Positions 17,479-28,434 of a DNA stretch of 64,000 bases are shown in pieces. The DNA is from Candidatus Cloacimonadales bacterium. GTDB taxonomy: Bacteria; Cloacimonadota; Cloacimonadia; Cloacimonadales; JAIOQZ01. A program made the translations under genes and the position numbers. Position 1 is the stretch's first letter; each line of letters opens with the position of its first letter. The stretch covers positions 3,488,001 to 3,552,000 of the forward strand of contig OY771587.1 in the NCBI GenBank assembly GCA_963674825.1. Direction: 5' to 3'. The notes under the pieces were generated by a model. The model did no database searches and was not told the DNA's origin. It saw only the letters and a program-made list of their open reading frames with translations.

Positions 17479-19985
17479 TCTTTCTTGTTATCTTCGAACA
17501 CAATCATGTCCGATTCATCGTCGTAATTATCGAAATGGAAATCATTGGAGTCGCGGTATTTCTCGAGGATTCCGGTGATGGCATCCATCGAAGCCTCGAT
17601 TTTGAGCAGATAAGGCTCCATCTCACTGCACAGCTTGCCGGTCTCAGGAGTCTGGTCTTCATGAGAATTCATATTCATTCTGATCAGGTCGAGGTTTCCG
17701 CGAATGACCATCAGCGGTTGATTGATCTCGTGATTGGCAGTGGCGGCCATGGCGAGTGCGGTGGTTCGACGCTCCAGTTCACGGATGCTTTTCTGCGCTT
17801 CCTGAAGTTCACAATATGAGCGCTGTAGTTTGTCCTCTGCCTCTTTTCGCTTGGTGATATCGAGCATAGTCCCGACAACGCCTATAGGCTTGTTTGCGTG
17901 ATTTGTGAATAGACTCTTACAGAGGATCATGTGGTGCTTTATGTCGTTCTGATCAATGAATTTTGCTTCGCATGTTGTGGAAGGCTTCCTGGTGGTCACG
18001 GTTTCTTTTCGCGGGAAGATATCCGTTTTCTTGGCAAGGTCGAGTTCATCTGGCTTCTTGCCGATTAGCTTCTTACGCGCGATACCCACAAGTTCCTCGA
18101 ATGCGGTGTTGCAACCCATGAAAACGCGATCCATATCGTGATAGAAAACAGGATTGGGGATGCTATCAAGCAGATTGGACAGGAATAAGTCATGCTCCAG
18201 AATCGTAAGCTCTGTCATTTTGTGGGTATCGATGTCCCGAATGAGCTTGAGGATCGTTGTGATTTCACCTTGCTGGCTGTGGACGACCGTTACATTCACT
18301 TCACCCCAGAAGACGGTCCCGTCTTTACGGACATATCGTTTCTCCAGGTGATAACCTTTCGATTTCCCAGTTAGGACGTCTTCATGGAACTTCTTGCTCT
18401 TTTCTTTATCGTCCTTGTACGTTAAGTCGATCAATCTCCGGGACTTGAGTTCGTCGAAAGTGTAGCCGAATAGCGTGGCCGCGCGCTTATTCATGTAAAT
18501 GTAATTACCGTCGGAGTCGGTCATGATTACGCCGACGAGTGCATTCTCGAGGATTGAGACAAGCTTGGCTCGCTCTTCTATCAGCTGATTCTCCGAACTT
18601 TTCCGGTCTTCGATCTCTTTCCGCAATTCGGCATTCTTTTGCTGGAGATCTGTGGTTTTGTCTTCGATCAATCGTTGTAGATCATCCTGTCGGTCTTCCA
18701 GTTCTTTTTCGAGTCTTTTGAATTCAGTAACATCCCGGATGATACCGACAAGTACCTTTTTCCCTGTGACCTTATCCGTGAAGACCATCTTTTTTGTCGA
18801 AATTACATGAATCTGCCCGGATGCATCGGTGAAGTCCTCTTCGTTCACATTGGGTTTGGCAGTTTTGAATACTTCATTATCGGCTTTCCAGAAAACATCG
18901 GCTTCATCTTTCGGGAAGAAATCGTAGTCACTCTTACCGATAAGCTGATGTCGCTCATAGCCCATGAATTTACAGAAAGCATCATTCAGTAAGATCCAGC
19001 GGTGGTTGCTGTCTTTGACAAAGATAGGGTCTGCGATGGTGTTCATGATGTTATCGAGGAATATATTCGCTTTCTGGAGCTCGTTCTGGTATCGTGTCTG
19101 ATCCGTGATGTCGATATCCATGCGGAAGAATTCGTCGATCTCACCCTCTTCCTGAACGGGATAGATGACAGAAAAGACGGTGGCGTTGTGGTGGCTGTCG
19201 ATAGGCACTTCAAAGTATCGGGCGTCACTTGGTTTGCGAGTTTCTTCGATAGCTGAAAGTGTATCTGGGAAGGTCTTGCGATTGATGTAATCAGGCAGGA
19301 TATCTTGGATACGATTGCCCAGTGCATCAGCTTCTGATATCTTGTAGAGCTTTTCGCTGGTTCGATTCCAGAATGTGATATAGCCGCCTCGATCAAATCC
19401 CTGTATCGCCATTGATGCTGTCTGGTTGATGATGGATTCGAAGCGTTGGATTGAGCTTTGCAGCGCTTTTTCGGCGAGAGAGTGATTATGGATTTCTATC
19501 TCCAATTGCGCATTGGCTTGCTTCAAATCATGCGTTCGGCGCTCAACGTATTTCTCCAGGTCTTCCTTCATTTGACGAAGGCTGATCATGGCATCCTGAT
19601 GTTCGGTGATATCGATCAGGTAGCCGAAATATCCGAGAACCGAATCCTTTGAATCGTAGAGGATCCGCGTGTGATCAAGAACCCATATATAGCTTCCGTC
19701 CGTACGCTTAAGGCGATAGGGTTCATGCTCGAAAATCTCGTGTCTGTGCTCTGTGTGGTTGCTGACTTCATCGCTGACACGTCTGAGATCGGATTTGTGG
19801 ATAAGGCTGCCGTAGGCGATTTTGCCCGAAGTGAAATCCTCCGGTTTATGTCCCAAGAGGTGTTTAACATTTTGACTGACAAATTGCACAGGCCATTCGG
19901 GTGCGTTACGCCATTCAAAAAGGACGACCGGGCCCTTCTCGAATAGCCGTACCGTATGCTCAACACCACTTACAGCTGTTTCCAT
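17475..19985 (-). CDS. Cytoplasmic multi-PAS/PAC sensor ending in a HisKA(DHp)-only tail
   Basis: About five PAS/PAC repeats with coiled-coil linkers; [12 protein letters not shown]-box; ends ~70 aa later with no N/G1/F/G2 boxes. Confidence 0.85.
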   Translation of the reverse strand: METAVSGVEHTVRLFEKGPVVLFEWRNAPEWPVQFVSQNVKHLLGHKPEDFTSGKIAYGSLIHKSDLRRVSDEVSNHTEHRHEIFEHEPYRLKRTDGSYIWVLDHTRILYDSKDSVLGYFGYLIDITEHQDAMISLRQMKEDLEKYVERRTHDLKQANAQLEIEIHNHSLAEKALQSSIQRFESIINQTASMAIQGFDRGGYITFWNRTSEKLYKISEADALGNRIQDILPDYINRKTFPDTLSAIEETRKPSDARYFEVPIDSHHNATVFSVIYPVQEEGEIDEFFRMDIDITDQTRYQNELQKANIFLDNIMNTIADPIFVKDSNHRWILLNDAFCKFMGYERHQLIGKSDYDFFPKDEADVFWKADNEVFKTAKPNVNEEDFTDASGQIHVISTKKMVFTDKVTGKKVLVGIIRDVTEFKRLEKELEDRQDDLQRLIEDKTTDLQQKNAELRKEIEDRKSSENQLIEERAKLVSILENALVGVIMTDSDGNYIYMNKRAATLFGYTFDELKSRRLIDLTYKDDKEKSKKFHEDVLTGKSKGYHLEKRYVRKDGTVFWGEVNVTVVHSQQGEITTILKLIRDIDTHKMTELTILEHDLFLSNLLDSIPNPVFYHDMDRVFMGCNTAFEELVGIARKKLIGKKPDELDLAKKTDIFPRKETVTTRKPSTTCEAKFIDQNDIKHHMILCKSLFTNHANKPIGVVGTMLDITKRKEAEDKLQRSYCELQEAQKSIRELERRTTALAMAATANHEINQPLMVIRGNLDLIRMNMNSHEDQTPETGKLCSEMEPYLLKIEASMDAITGILEKYRDSNDFHFDNYDDESDMIVFEDNKKD

Positions 19986-20014
19986 ACAAAGACGCTCCGT
20001 AGATATTAATGGAA

Positions 20015-22588
20015 TTAATTACATTTTCGGATGATAAGGTCCGAAACGCCCATACGATAGCCTTTCGATGAAAAAATAACCTGGTTTTGATCGTTGATCA
20101 AAAATAGTGCCGGATAGTCCGAAGTTTCCTGTTGCAAGAACGGTTGATCTTGATAGTGCCTTACAAATTCAGGTACGATTTCCTTATTTCCCAGTTCTGA
20201 GAATAATATAAACCCAATCTTGCGGTCTGTCAAGATTTTCGATTTACCTTCAAATTCGTTCAGCATGCGCATCTGAGGCTCCGTCGGGTGATCAGTGCGT
20301 ACAAACACGATTCGATAATCGTGATCTTTGTCAATACTTGCTATTTCGATGACCTTTTCGAGCGTTTTTTGATCCCAGTCTTCGCTTACATCGTACATGT
20401 CTTCCGGTGTCACCAGATCGAGAGTAATGGTTTCACCATCAATGCCTTCCAAATCGTGAATCACGATCTCAGCGTCGCCGTTATCGTTGCGGATATACCC
20501 CTGCAAATTGTAAACCGTTCCTTCCTCGGGGTACCATGTAACGACGCTGATTAGAGAGTCTCTCACCTCATCATAGTACGTGTAATACATACTGCCATCC
20601 GGATACACAGCATGCAGTAGGAAGTTGCTGAATGATTCGGCTTGAACCTGGTTACCATCTGCGACAATGTTTACTCGAACAGTGCGTGTTGGGAGCGCTG
20701 GTTTATCTTTGAAGTCGCTACTTAAATCATAGCGAGTAAATTCTTTTCCATCAAAAACTTCCACATGCCCTTTCCATCGTACGGGAATGCCCAGGTATTT
20801 CAGCGCAAAGGTGAACAGGTAGAGCTGATCGCGCCGACTGACATGCTTCATGTTCAGAATCTGAAGCGGGTCCATGGAGCCGCCGAAATATTGTCCGGTA
20901 AGGGTAGTATCAACGACGACAGTCTCATCAAGCCAGGAGTGCACGGCTTCGACTGTCTGCATGATGTCGCCCTGGCGAAGATCCTTGATTTTGCTGTAAA
21001 GTTCTGTCTGCCAGCCGGTTTCAGGGAGTGGCTTTCGTGGAAAGATAGGCCCAAGAACGTGGTTGTACCAGATCGAGTCGGGGACGTTGAAGCGATCGCG
21101 GTTTTCCTGGAAGATATCGACGATTGCACGGAGCCGGGCTGAATCAGGAATCTCGATGATGTCCTTTATATCCCAACTGGTCATCATGTGGTTCAGGATG
21201 TCCCTTTTCTCGTGGTCGTCTTCGAGTGCATCATATACTTTCATGTATTGATCGGTAGCTCCTGCAAGGCGTTCACACTGCGCGAGGAAGTTATCGCGTC
21301 GATCGGCGAATTCGCCCTCTGTTTCACCCTCATTGGGAACGACATCGTAGTAGCGCAGGAAGTCCCTGACATGCTTGCGATCGTCGGCGAGTTTCTTTTC
21401 GCGACGCAGGTTGGATAGCTCCTGACGAAGCTCCAGGTTTTCGATGACAGGTTCGACATCGTTGTTACCGGACGCAACTTGCTCCACGGGGAACCTGAAC
21501 ATGAACTTGCCGTCGATATGGTGGTTGGGTTCGAGCGCGATGGTGATGGATTCTGGATTGTCGAATGTATTGAGGATAGCCCAACCCATCAGGCTATCCT
21601 GTGCGGCTGTGACAAAGGTTGAACCTCTTCCAAGCGCGACATTCACCTCTCCCCTGTCGTCGGTGTTAAGCCGCAGCATGGGAAAGAGTCCGCCATAGGA
21701 CAGAGCGTAGAAGAGAACTTCCGCGTCCTCTACGGCTTCACCGTCACGGTCGATCACATTGATGGTGTAGTCGAGGGGTTGATTGTAGGTGGAAGTGGTG
21801 TTGAGTAAAGATTCACGATCTTCATATTTCAGGGTCTCTTTGGACGGATAGTCGCCAAACGCGTGCGAGAGAATAAGGATGCTGCGACTGGCGCGTTTGG
21901 AAAACCAGGTGTCCGATATCAGGTTGGACGGTCCTTTGGGACCCATGTATTTCCAGCCTTCGGGTGTCCACATCTCGTTCCAGGCGTGGTTGTTATCCAT
22001 GAAATTCCAGAACGGTGCGGAGACTGGCCGCATCGGGATACCGACGCTTCTTGCAGCAGCGATTTCGAGGATCATCATTTCTTCGCAACGACCGTAGATC
22101 CGCTTGATGGTGGTCAGCGGAGCCTGATCGCGTCCAGAGGTTGGTTCGAAATAATTGTTTTCATTGCACCACAGATTGACAATCATCATTGCTTCTTCCA
22201 GCGTTTTCGCGTCATGGACAAGCGGCTCGAGTTCATCGTAGAATTGTGCGCGCCAGGGCTCAAATGGCTCCTGGGAGATGCGAGGCGGCAGTACAAAGTG
22301 CATGAAGATATCTTCGGGAACATCCTTCGTGTAGCCCAGTTCGCGGGTCTTCAGCGCATACTCGATGTTTTCACGCAGATATTCAGGTGTGAGCATGGCA
22401 AGGTCGGATGGAGAGGAATATTCCAGGATGTAGCGTGTCAACTCAGCGGTTTCACCCTTTCCATCCATCATCTCGATGAAGCTGTCGGCGTTCTCGCCAG
22501 CATAGGTACGGATGCGCTGCTGAAGGTCATCCGAGGCCGAAACGATGCCAATCCATACTACGATAAACACAAGCAAAAGGTTTTTCAT
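20015..22588 (-). CDS. Secreted transglutaminase-like domain protein
   Basis: Signal peptide; FVLPPRISQEPFEPWR; GRCEE (Cys); RSVGIPMR; NNHAWNE (His). Confidence 0.82.
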   Translation of the reverse strand: MKNLLLVFIVVWIGIVSASDDLQQRIRTYAGENADSFIEMMDGKGETAELTRYILEYSSPSDLAMLTPEYLRENIEYALKTRELGYTKDVPEDIFMHFVLPPRISQEPFEPWRAQFYDELEPLVHDAKTLEEAMMIVNLWCNENNYFEPTSGRDQAPLTTIKRIYGRCEEMMILEIAAARSVGIPMRPVSAPFWNFMDNNHAWNEMWTPEGWKYMGPKGPSNLISDTWFSKRASRSILILSHAFGDYPSKETLKYEDRESLLNTTSTYNQPLDYTINVIDRDGEAVEDAEVLFYALSYGGLFPMLRLNTDDRGEVNVALGRGSTFVTAAQDSLMGWAILNTFDNPESITIALEPNHHIDGKFMFRFPVEQVASGNNDVEPVIENLELRQELSNLRREKKLADDRKHVRDFLRYYDVVPNEGETEGEFADRRDNFLAQCERLAGATDQYMKVYDALEDDHEKRDILNHMMTSWDIKDIIEIPDSARLRAIVDIFQENRDRFNVPDSIWYNHVLGPIFPRKPLPETGWQTELYSKIKDLRQGDIMQTVEAVHSWLDETVVVDTTLTGQYFGGSMDPLQILNMKHVSRRDQLYLFTFALKYLGIPVRWKGHVEVFDGKEFTRYDLSSDFKDKPALPTRTVRVNIVADGNQVQAESFSNFLLHAVYPDGSMYYTYYDEVRDSLISVVTWYPEEGTVYNLQGYIRNDNGDAEIVIHDLEGIDGETITLDLVTPEDMYDVSEDWDQKTLEKVIEIASIDKDHDYRIVFVRTDHPTEPQMRMLNEFEGKSKILTDRKIGFILFSELGNKEIVPEFVRHYQDQPFLQQETSDYPALFLINDQNQVIFSSKGYRMGVSDLIIRKCN

Positions 22589-22618
22589 TCTCTATCTCCA
22601 GGTGTTGATTTGCTTTCT

Positions 22619-24124
22619 TTAGAACTGAGCCTGATAGCCGGCGTAGAATTCGCGGACCCATTCGTGATCATCGACGATTTCCAGCCTGTATCCAGCTTTG
22701 ATGGCATGATGATTGAGCGGCTTCCATGTTGCCACCGCGTCAATCTTCCATGTTTCTGTAAGCTCGCCTTCGAGCCATCGTGCGGTGTCTTTGGGGCGGT
22801 CGTTGTAATTGATGGTCCACGAGTTACCCAGACTTCCCTGACGGATGAATTGCACCTTGCTATCAAGGCGCAGTCTGCGATGCAGCGGTAGATTCACCTC
22901 CATCGCGTAGGCAAGCAGATTGCTTCCTTCAGGGTATCCCAGTGCACTTCCGTCGTGTGAGAACGCGTTAACGGTTTTTTTGTGTGTGTACATCCAGGGA
23001 CGGATTGCGGTGAATTCCATGACGATACGTGCTGGATATTCGGGAACGATGAGAGGAATATTGCTGACCAAACCGCTTTGGAAGGCGTATTTATTTCCCC
23101 ACCAGTCGCCGAATATCTCGCTTTTGCGCAGCTCGTCGAGCACGAAGTTCATGTAGAATCCCATGAGGCTTTTAGGGTAGGCGTTCAAGCCTGTGAAGAT
23201 CATCACGTTGTCGCGATCACCGTCGTTGTGCTCGCTTACGCGATAAAAAGTCTGAGGGAGCATGTAGCTTATGTCTGGCGCGCGATTTCCGTAGAGAACT
23301 TCTTCGCCGAAAAACCAGTTCACGTCGTCCAGCACCTCCCAGTCGAGCCGGTGGATCGCGAGGTAGCGATCCTCGGAAGTATAGGAGACGTTGTTGTTGG
23401 TGCTATCTGGTAATAGGCTGCCATGCATAAAGCTAAGTGTGACCGGACCAAAATCGTACATCCAGCTCAGGTAGCCGTATTCGCTGCCGTTATCGTCAAG
23501 GATGGGGCTTCCGGTGATGCTCTCGCCGATCTGAAAATTGTCGCGTCCCAGTGAGAAAACGCCGTAGTCGCTGTGATACGTGATGTGACCGATCATGTTA
23601 TCGAGATAAATGCGGCCATCTTCATGCTTGCTATAGCCTTTGAGCAGACTCGAAGTGGAATCGGCATAATCCAGATCGCCTTCATAGCGAGCCATCCACC
23701 AGTTCGAATCGAAGAAAAGGCGGTCGCCGAGATTGAAATCCATGTCAGCGCCATACCATATCATCCGATAGGCGTCATCCTTGCCAGCAGTGTACGATCC
23801 GCCTGCGAAAAGCGAGAAGCGCATGTTTCCGGGAAACTTCGCGTTGCCCGGAGCGCGGTAACTCAAGAACGAAGCGGTATCATCGCGGCGAAAGAAACCG
23901 ATCAGGGATCGCTTGAAGTTTGGCCATGTTTGCACTGCTGTCTGAAAGCCCTCGGGGGTGTTTGTCGAATCCTGCACGATTAGGCTTACCTGCTTCCAGG
24001 CATCTTGATTGAATAAAAAGTTCGGGTAGGTCTGCGTCGATACATCCGGCTCGATTGCCAGCATGATCATTGGTGTTACTAACAAAATAAATATCAATGA
24101 ATTACGCAATAAATCTCTCATCAT
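22619..24124 (-). CDS. Outer-membrane beta-barrel protein (capsule-assembly Wzi-like)
   Basis: Signal peptide; YLAIHRLD; IRPWMYTH; LGYPEGSN; C-terminal YQAQF. Confidence 0.65.
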   Translation of the reverse strand: MMRDLLRNSLIFILLVTPMIMLAIEPDVSTQTYPNFLFNQDAWKQVSLIVQDSTNTPEGFQTAVQTWPNFKRSLIGFFRRDDTASFLSYRAPGNAKFPGNMRFSLFAGGSYTAGKDDAYRMIWYGADMDFNLGDRLFFDSNWWMARYEGDLDYADSTSSLLKGYSKHEDGRIYLDNMIGHITYHSDYGVFSLGRDNFQIGESITGSPILDDNGSEYGYLSWMYDFGPVTLSFMHGSLLPDSTNNNVSYTSEDRYLAIHRLDWEVLDDVNWFFGEEVLYGNRAPDISYMLPQTFYRVSEHNDGDRDNVMIFTGLNAYPKSLMGFYMNFVLDELRKSEIFGDWWGNKYAFQSGLVSNIPLIVPEYPARIVMEFTAIRPWMYTHKKTVNAFSHDGSALGYPEGSNLLAYAMEVNLPLHRRLRLDSKVQFIRQGSLGNSWTINYNDRPKDTARWLEGELTETWKIDAVATWKPLNHHAIKAGYRLEIVDDHEWVREFYAGYQAQF

Positions 24125-24263
24125 GTTTCCTCAAAATACGGATATCCATACGGATGCAGGCGTCAAGTTTTTATTCAACCATATCGCCTGTCCTGTGGAA
24201 TTTCGTTGACGAAAATAGTTTTCGTGCGCCTTCTATCACAATCTCAGATTCAGGTGCCCGGGT

Positions 24264-25484
24264 ATGATAAACGAAGAAACAACACGCGAAATGATCAGCT
24301 CGTTTTTGCGCATGGCCAAAAAGAACAAAAGGCAATCTCCACGCGAAACGATCGACTATGCTACCAAAGCTTTGCAACTCTCGATTGAATTGGGTGATGA
24401 AAACTACATCGCCAAGTCCTATCAGTGGAAAGGCATCGGGTATTTTGTTACCGACGAGTACGAAAAAGCGCTCAAGCACTTCCTCAAAAGCATGGAACTG
24501 AATGAAAAACTCGGTCAGGACGAAAGCATTGCCAACAATCTTTCCAATATCGGCGTGGTCTATGCGACGCTGGGCAACTATGAAACAGCGATCGAGTACT
24601 ACAATAGTTCTCTTGATATCAGAACACGCCTGGACGACCAGAATGGTATTGCCAGCAGCTACACGAAGCTCGGTAATATCTATTCCAAATTGGGAAAAGC
24701 AGAAGAAGCGATCGAACACCATCAGAAAGCTCTTGAAATCGCCAGCGAGCAAAACGATACCTTCTCGATTGGGCTTATCGAACATAACATCGGGTATATC
24801 CTGCTGAAGACAGAACGGTTCGGAGACGCCCGGAAGCACCTTGAAGAAGCGCTTCAGATGCGCATCAAGAACGAAGATACAACCGGTAGAATCAAAACGA
24901 TGACACTCCTTGCCGATACCATGTTGGGATTGGGTGAGATTGGTCCGGCCATTGAATATATCCTCCAAGCTATCGAATTGGGGAAATCGCAGGATGCAAA
25001 GCAATGCCTGATCGATTCCTTCATGGTCAAGGCGAAGATCGACGCGGCACGAGGTGATTACAGGTCTGCCTATGAAACGCATTTGAAGCACTCCGAATAC
25101 TGGCTGGAACTCCACAATATACGAAACTCCACCCGCATCGCAGATATGAAGAATCGACTTGTTAACGAGAAGCAACAGCGTGAGATCGAGATGCTGAGGA
25201 AAGATATGGAGATCGTCAAGCTCGAGAAGAAAAATACCGCGCTTGCAATGGCTGTCACGGCGAACCACGAGATGAACCAGCCATTAATGATCCTGCGGGG
25301 GAACCTCGATATGTTGCTCCTCTCTATTGACCAGCAAGAATTTTCCGAGCAGCAGAAGCGCTTTGTGGAGCGCATCGAACAGGCGATTGATCGTATTCAG
25401 AAAATCCTCGATAAATTCAGTGACCTGGAAGATTTCCGGCTGGAAGATTACAGCGAGGGCTCCAAGATGGTTGTGATCGAGTAA
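24264..25484 (+). CDS. TPR-repeat protein with HisKA(DHp)-only C-terminus
   Basis: Multiple TPR repeats (NIGVVY, KLGNIY); VTANHEMNQPL; no HATPase domain. Confidence 0.85.
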   Translation: MINEETTREMISSFLRMAKKNKRQSPRETIDYATKALQLSIELGDENYIAKSYQWKGIGYFVTDEYEKALKHFLKSMELNEKLGQDESIANNLSNIGVVYATLGNYETAIEYYNSSLDIRTRLDDQNGIASSYTKLGNIYSKLGKAEEAIEHHQKALEIASEQNDTFSIGLIEHNIGYILLKTERFGDARKHLEEALQMRIKNEDTTGRIKTMTLLADTMLGLGEIGPAIEYILQAIELGKSQDAKQCLIDSFMVKAKIDAARGDYRSAYETHLKHSEYWLELHNIRNSTRIADMKNRLVNEKQQREIEMLRKDMEIVKLEKKNTALAMAVTANHEMNQPLMILRGNLDMLLLSIDQQEFSEQQKRFVERIEQAIDRIQKILDKFSDLEDFRLEDYSEGSKMVVIE

Positions 25485-25608
25485 AATAGTCGTAAAAACT
25501 TTTCATACTCCGTCGATGCAAAATCAGTTTTCACAAGGAAAATCTTGACGTATCGGGGCCGTTCTATAAACTTCTTAAAGAAGTACAGATTCATTATCAG
25601 GAGCCAAC

Positions 25609-26226
25609 ATGAAACGCCCCGTCGTAATTGGAATCGCCGGTGGAACCGGCTCAGGAAAGACAACCATCGCGTCCGCAATCGAGCAGGATATTGGCGAACA
25701 TATCACCATTATTCCGCAGGATGCCTACTATCGCTCGTTTCCGGATCTACCTTACGAACAACGCTGTAAAATCAACTATGACCACCCCGACGCATTCGAT
25801 ACACCGCTGCTATTGAAACACATCAGAAGCCTGAAAAACAACATCCCTATCGAACTGCCGGTCTACGATTACCACGAACATCTTCGTAAAATCCAGACGG
25901 TCTCTAAAAATCCATCTCGGGTTATCATTGTCGAAGGAATCCTCATCTTCGAAAACGAAGACGTCGTTGACGAACTCGACATCCGCATTTTTGTGGATAC
26001 GGATGCCGACATTCGCATTCTACGGCGTATCGAGCGTGATATCAACGAACGCGGAAGAAGCCTGGAATCGGTTATGAACCAATACCGCGAGACGGTCCGT
26101 CCCATGCACATTCAATTCGTTGAGCCCACCAAGCGTCTCGCTGATATTATTATCCCCGAGGGTGGCCAGAATCGAATCGGTATAGATATGATCATTACGA
26201 AAATCAAACATATTCTAAGTACCTGA
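25609..26226 (+). CDS. udk: Uridine kinase
   Basis: GIAGGTGSGKTT; NYDHPDAFD; IIVEGILI; RRIERDINERGR. Confidence 0.96.
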   Translation: MKRPVVIGIAGGTGSGKTTIASAIEQDIGEHITIIPQDAYYRSFPDLPYEQRCKINYDHPDAFDTPLLLKHIRSLKNNIPIELPVYDYHEHLRKIQTVSKNPSRVIIVEGILIFENEDVVDELDIRIFVDTDADIRILRRIERDINERGRSLESVMNQYRETVRPMHIQFVEPTKRLADIIIPEGGQNRIGIDMIITKIKHILST

Positions 26227-26249
26227 GCAATCCGTACAAGGAGCACAAT

Positions 26250-27233
26250 ATGCCACTGAAACTTCAGAGATATGTTCAACTAATGAAAAGCCTGCTGGAG
26301 TTTAATACTCTCCAGGAATGCCTCAGTCTGATCGTTCGCGATATGGAAACCGAGTATAAATTTCTCATCCTTGGTATATTCCTCAAGAACGAGATGACCC
26401 AGACATTCAGATTGAAGATCGGTAGAAACCTCAGCCACAGCTTTCAGAAACGTACCGAGTTTAGCCTTGGTCACGCTTTGATCGACCGGCTAGAGAAGCT
26501 CGAGACTATTACCGAAGTCAACTGCGGCGAAATTGATTTCGATAAGCCTTGCAAGAATCTGGTGATCTTCCCGCTGCATTATCGCGGTGAATTACGGGGT
26601 TTCCTCTTTATGGATAAGGAAGAGTACGAAGAGGAAGAGCTGGTCAAGATGGAAATCTTCGCCTCGCTTATCAGCCTTGTCGTGCAGATTCATTCCCAGG
26701 AAAACCTGATCGATCGGATGAACCAGTTCGACGCATTGACCGGCCTCCTGGTCTATCGCTCATTCCTGGAGCGAACCGAGATCGCGTTCGCACAGGCCCG
26801 GCGCTACAGAAATCACCTCTCGCTCATCATTTTGAAGGTCAACAAGTATCACGACCTCTATCGCAAGTACGGAAATGTTGAGGCAGATCGCATTTTCACC
26901 AGCATCGCATCGATCCTCAAAGGCGGTTTGCGTGTTATGGAGATCCTGGGATTCATCCACCCCGATACCTTCATGATTTTGCTGCCTGAGAATAAATACG
27001 AGGACAATCAGTACGTAATCAAGCGCCTGGAAACCATGATTCTCGAACGAAATGACAAGCTTACGAAAGATCTGCTTGCATGGGGTGTCAGCAATTATAG
27101 CGACGACCTCAAGAACGTTGAACGATTCATTACCAATACCGAAGAGTGCGCTTTTGAAGCGGCAAGAAGAACGGATATCAACATCGTTTACCACGACGAC
27201 CTGGAAAAATCCGAAGAGGAGCCGGAGGCATGA
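26250..27233 (+). CDS. GAF + degenerate GGDEF domain protein
   Basis: DALTGLL; YGNVEAD; active-site position reads GFIHPDTF instead of RxGGDEF. Confidence 0.75.
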   Translation: MPLKLQRYVQLMKSLLEFNTLQECLSLIVRDMETEYKFLILGIFLKNEMTQTFRLKIGRNLSHSFQKRTEFSLGHALIDRLEKLETITEVNCGEIDFDKPCKNLVIFPLHYRGELRGFLFMDKEEYEEEELVKMEIFASLISLVVQIHSQENLIDRMNQFDALTGLLVYRSFLERTEIAFAQARRYRNHLSLIILKVNKYHDLYRKYGNVEADRIFTSIASILKGGLRVMEILGFIHPDTFMILLPENKYEDNQYVIKRLETMILERNDKLTKDLLAWGVSNYSDDLKNVERFITNTEECAFEAARRTDINIVYHDDLEKSEEEPEA

Positions 27234-27676
27234 GAGACAAGCTGTTTCAGGACCTTAAAGATATCCAAAAAGAAATGGTCCGCATTCTTGGAGAAGTAAA
27301 CACCCTCGCTTCGGGTCCCATGGCGGTAACCCACGAGATGGAAGATACCTGGAAGCCTCATTGTGACGTCTTTCGTGACGATAAGGAGCTAATCATTCTT
27401 TTCGATCTCGCCGGGGTGAACAAGAAGTCTGTACATATCAGCACCAGCCGGGAATATCTCAAGATTTCCGGCGAGCGTATCCCCTGCGAAAGCTGTGATG
27501 ACCTCTACTACTACACCATGGAGATCGAAACGGGGCGCTTCGAACGAAAGGTCTATTTCCCGGACGTAAACATCAACCGCGACGCACCGAAAGTGACCTA
27601 CGATGAAGGATTTCTGCGCGTGGTTTTCCCTATCGTACCAGCACGGGAAAAAACGATCGAGGTCGAGATCGATTGA
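27230..27676 (+). CDS. Hsp20/alpha-crystallin family protein
   Basis: PHCDVF; DLAGV; LKISGER; EIETGRFER; YDEGFLRV. Confidence 0.88.
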   Translation: MRDKLFQDLKDIQKEMVRILGEVNTLASGPMAVTHEMEDTWKPHCDVFRDDKELIILFDLAGVNKKSVHISTSREYLKISGERIPCESCDDLYYYTMEIETGRFERKVYFPDVNINRDAPKVTYDEGFLRVVFPIVPAREKTIEVEID

Positions 27677-28434
27677 CAGACAATAGGAACAATCACTGGC
27701 AGGATAACCTCTGCGTTATCCTTGTGGAACCGGTATATAAAGGAAATGTAGGCGCAATTTCGCGCACCATGAACAACTTCGGATTCTCCGAGTTGCGTAT
27801 CGTAGGTGAGATCCCTACCCAGTCGGATCATTTTGTCGCCGTGCACTCGGAAGATATCCTCAATAATGCGAAGGTCTTCGATACATTTGAGGAAGCTGTA
27901 GCGGATTTTGATAGACTTATCGCTATCTCGCGTCGGAAAGGTCGCAAGAAACCTGTCGATATGCTACCGGAAGCTTTAGGTGATATCATCCGACAGAATA
28001 TGGGTAACCGCATCGGGATTGTCTTCGGCCGCGAGACCTATGGATTGAAAGACGAGGAAGCCGACCGATGTCACTTCCGTTGCTATATTCCCGCACAGCC
28101 CGAATTCCCCTCTCTTAACCTCTCCAACGCCGTTGGCGTCATCCTTTACGAGATTTACCGCTCCATGACGACGCCTATCACTGAGACTGTTGAAGATTCT
28201 GCTGCCCCTTTGGACGAAGTGGAAGCCAGCTTGAAATTCATCGAGAGTATTCTGGAGCAATTCGAGTACGATAAGGTCGGCGATATCCCAAAATCGATGA
28301 GGATAATGCGCGAACTGGTGTTGCGCTCCAACCTTAATATCTGGGAGACAGATGAGTTGCGGAAAATCTTCAACCGTTTATTGATCCAGCACGGCAATCG
28401 TGGCTTGAGGTGGAAGGACTTTTTCGACCAATGA
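27673..28434 (+). CDS. trmJ: SPOUT RNA methyltransferase, TrmJ/LasT family
   Basis: [36 protein letters not shown]. Confidence 0.8.
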   Translation: MTDNRNNHWQDNLCVILVEPVYKGNVGAISRTMNNFGFSELRIVGEIPTQSDHFVAVHSEDILNNAKVFDTFEEAVADFDRLIAISRRKGRKKPVDMLPEALGDIIRQNMGNRIGIVFGRETYGLKDEEADRCHFRCYIPAQPEFPSLNLSNAVGVILYEIYRSMTTPITETVEDSAAPLDEVEASLKFIESILEQFEYDKVGDIPKSMRIMRELVLRSNLNIWETDELRKIFNRLLIQHGNRGLRWKDFFDQ

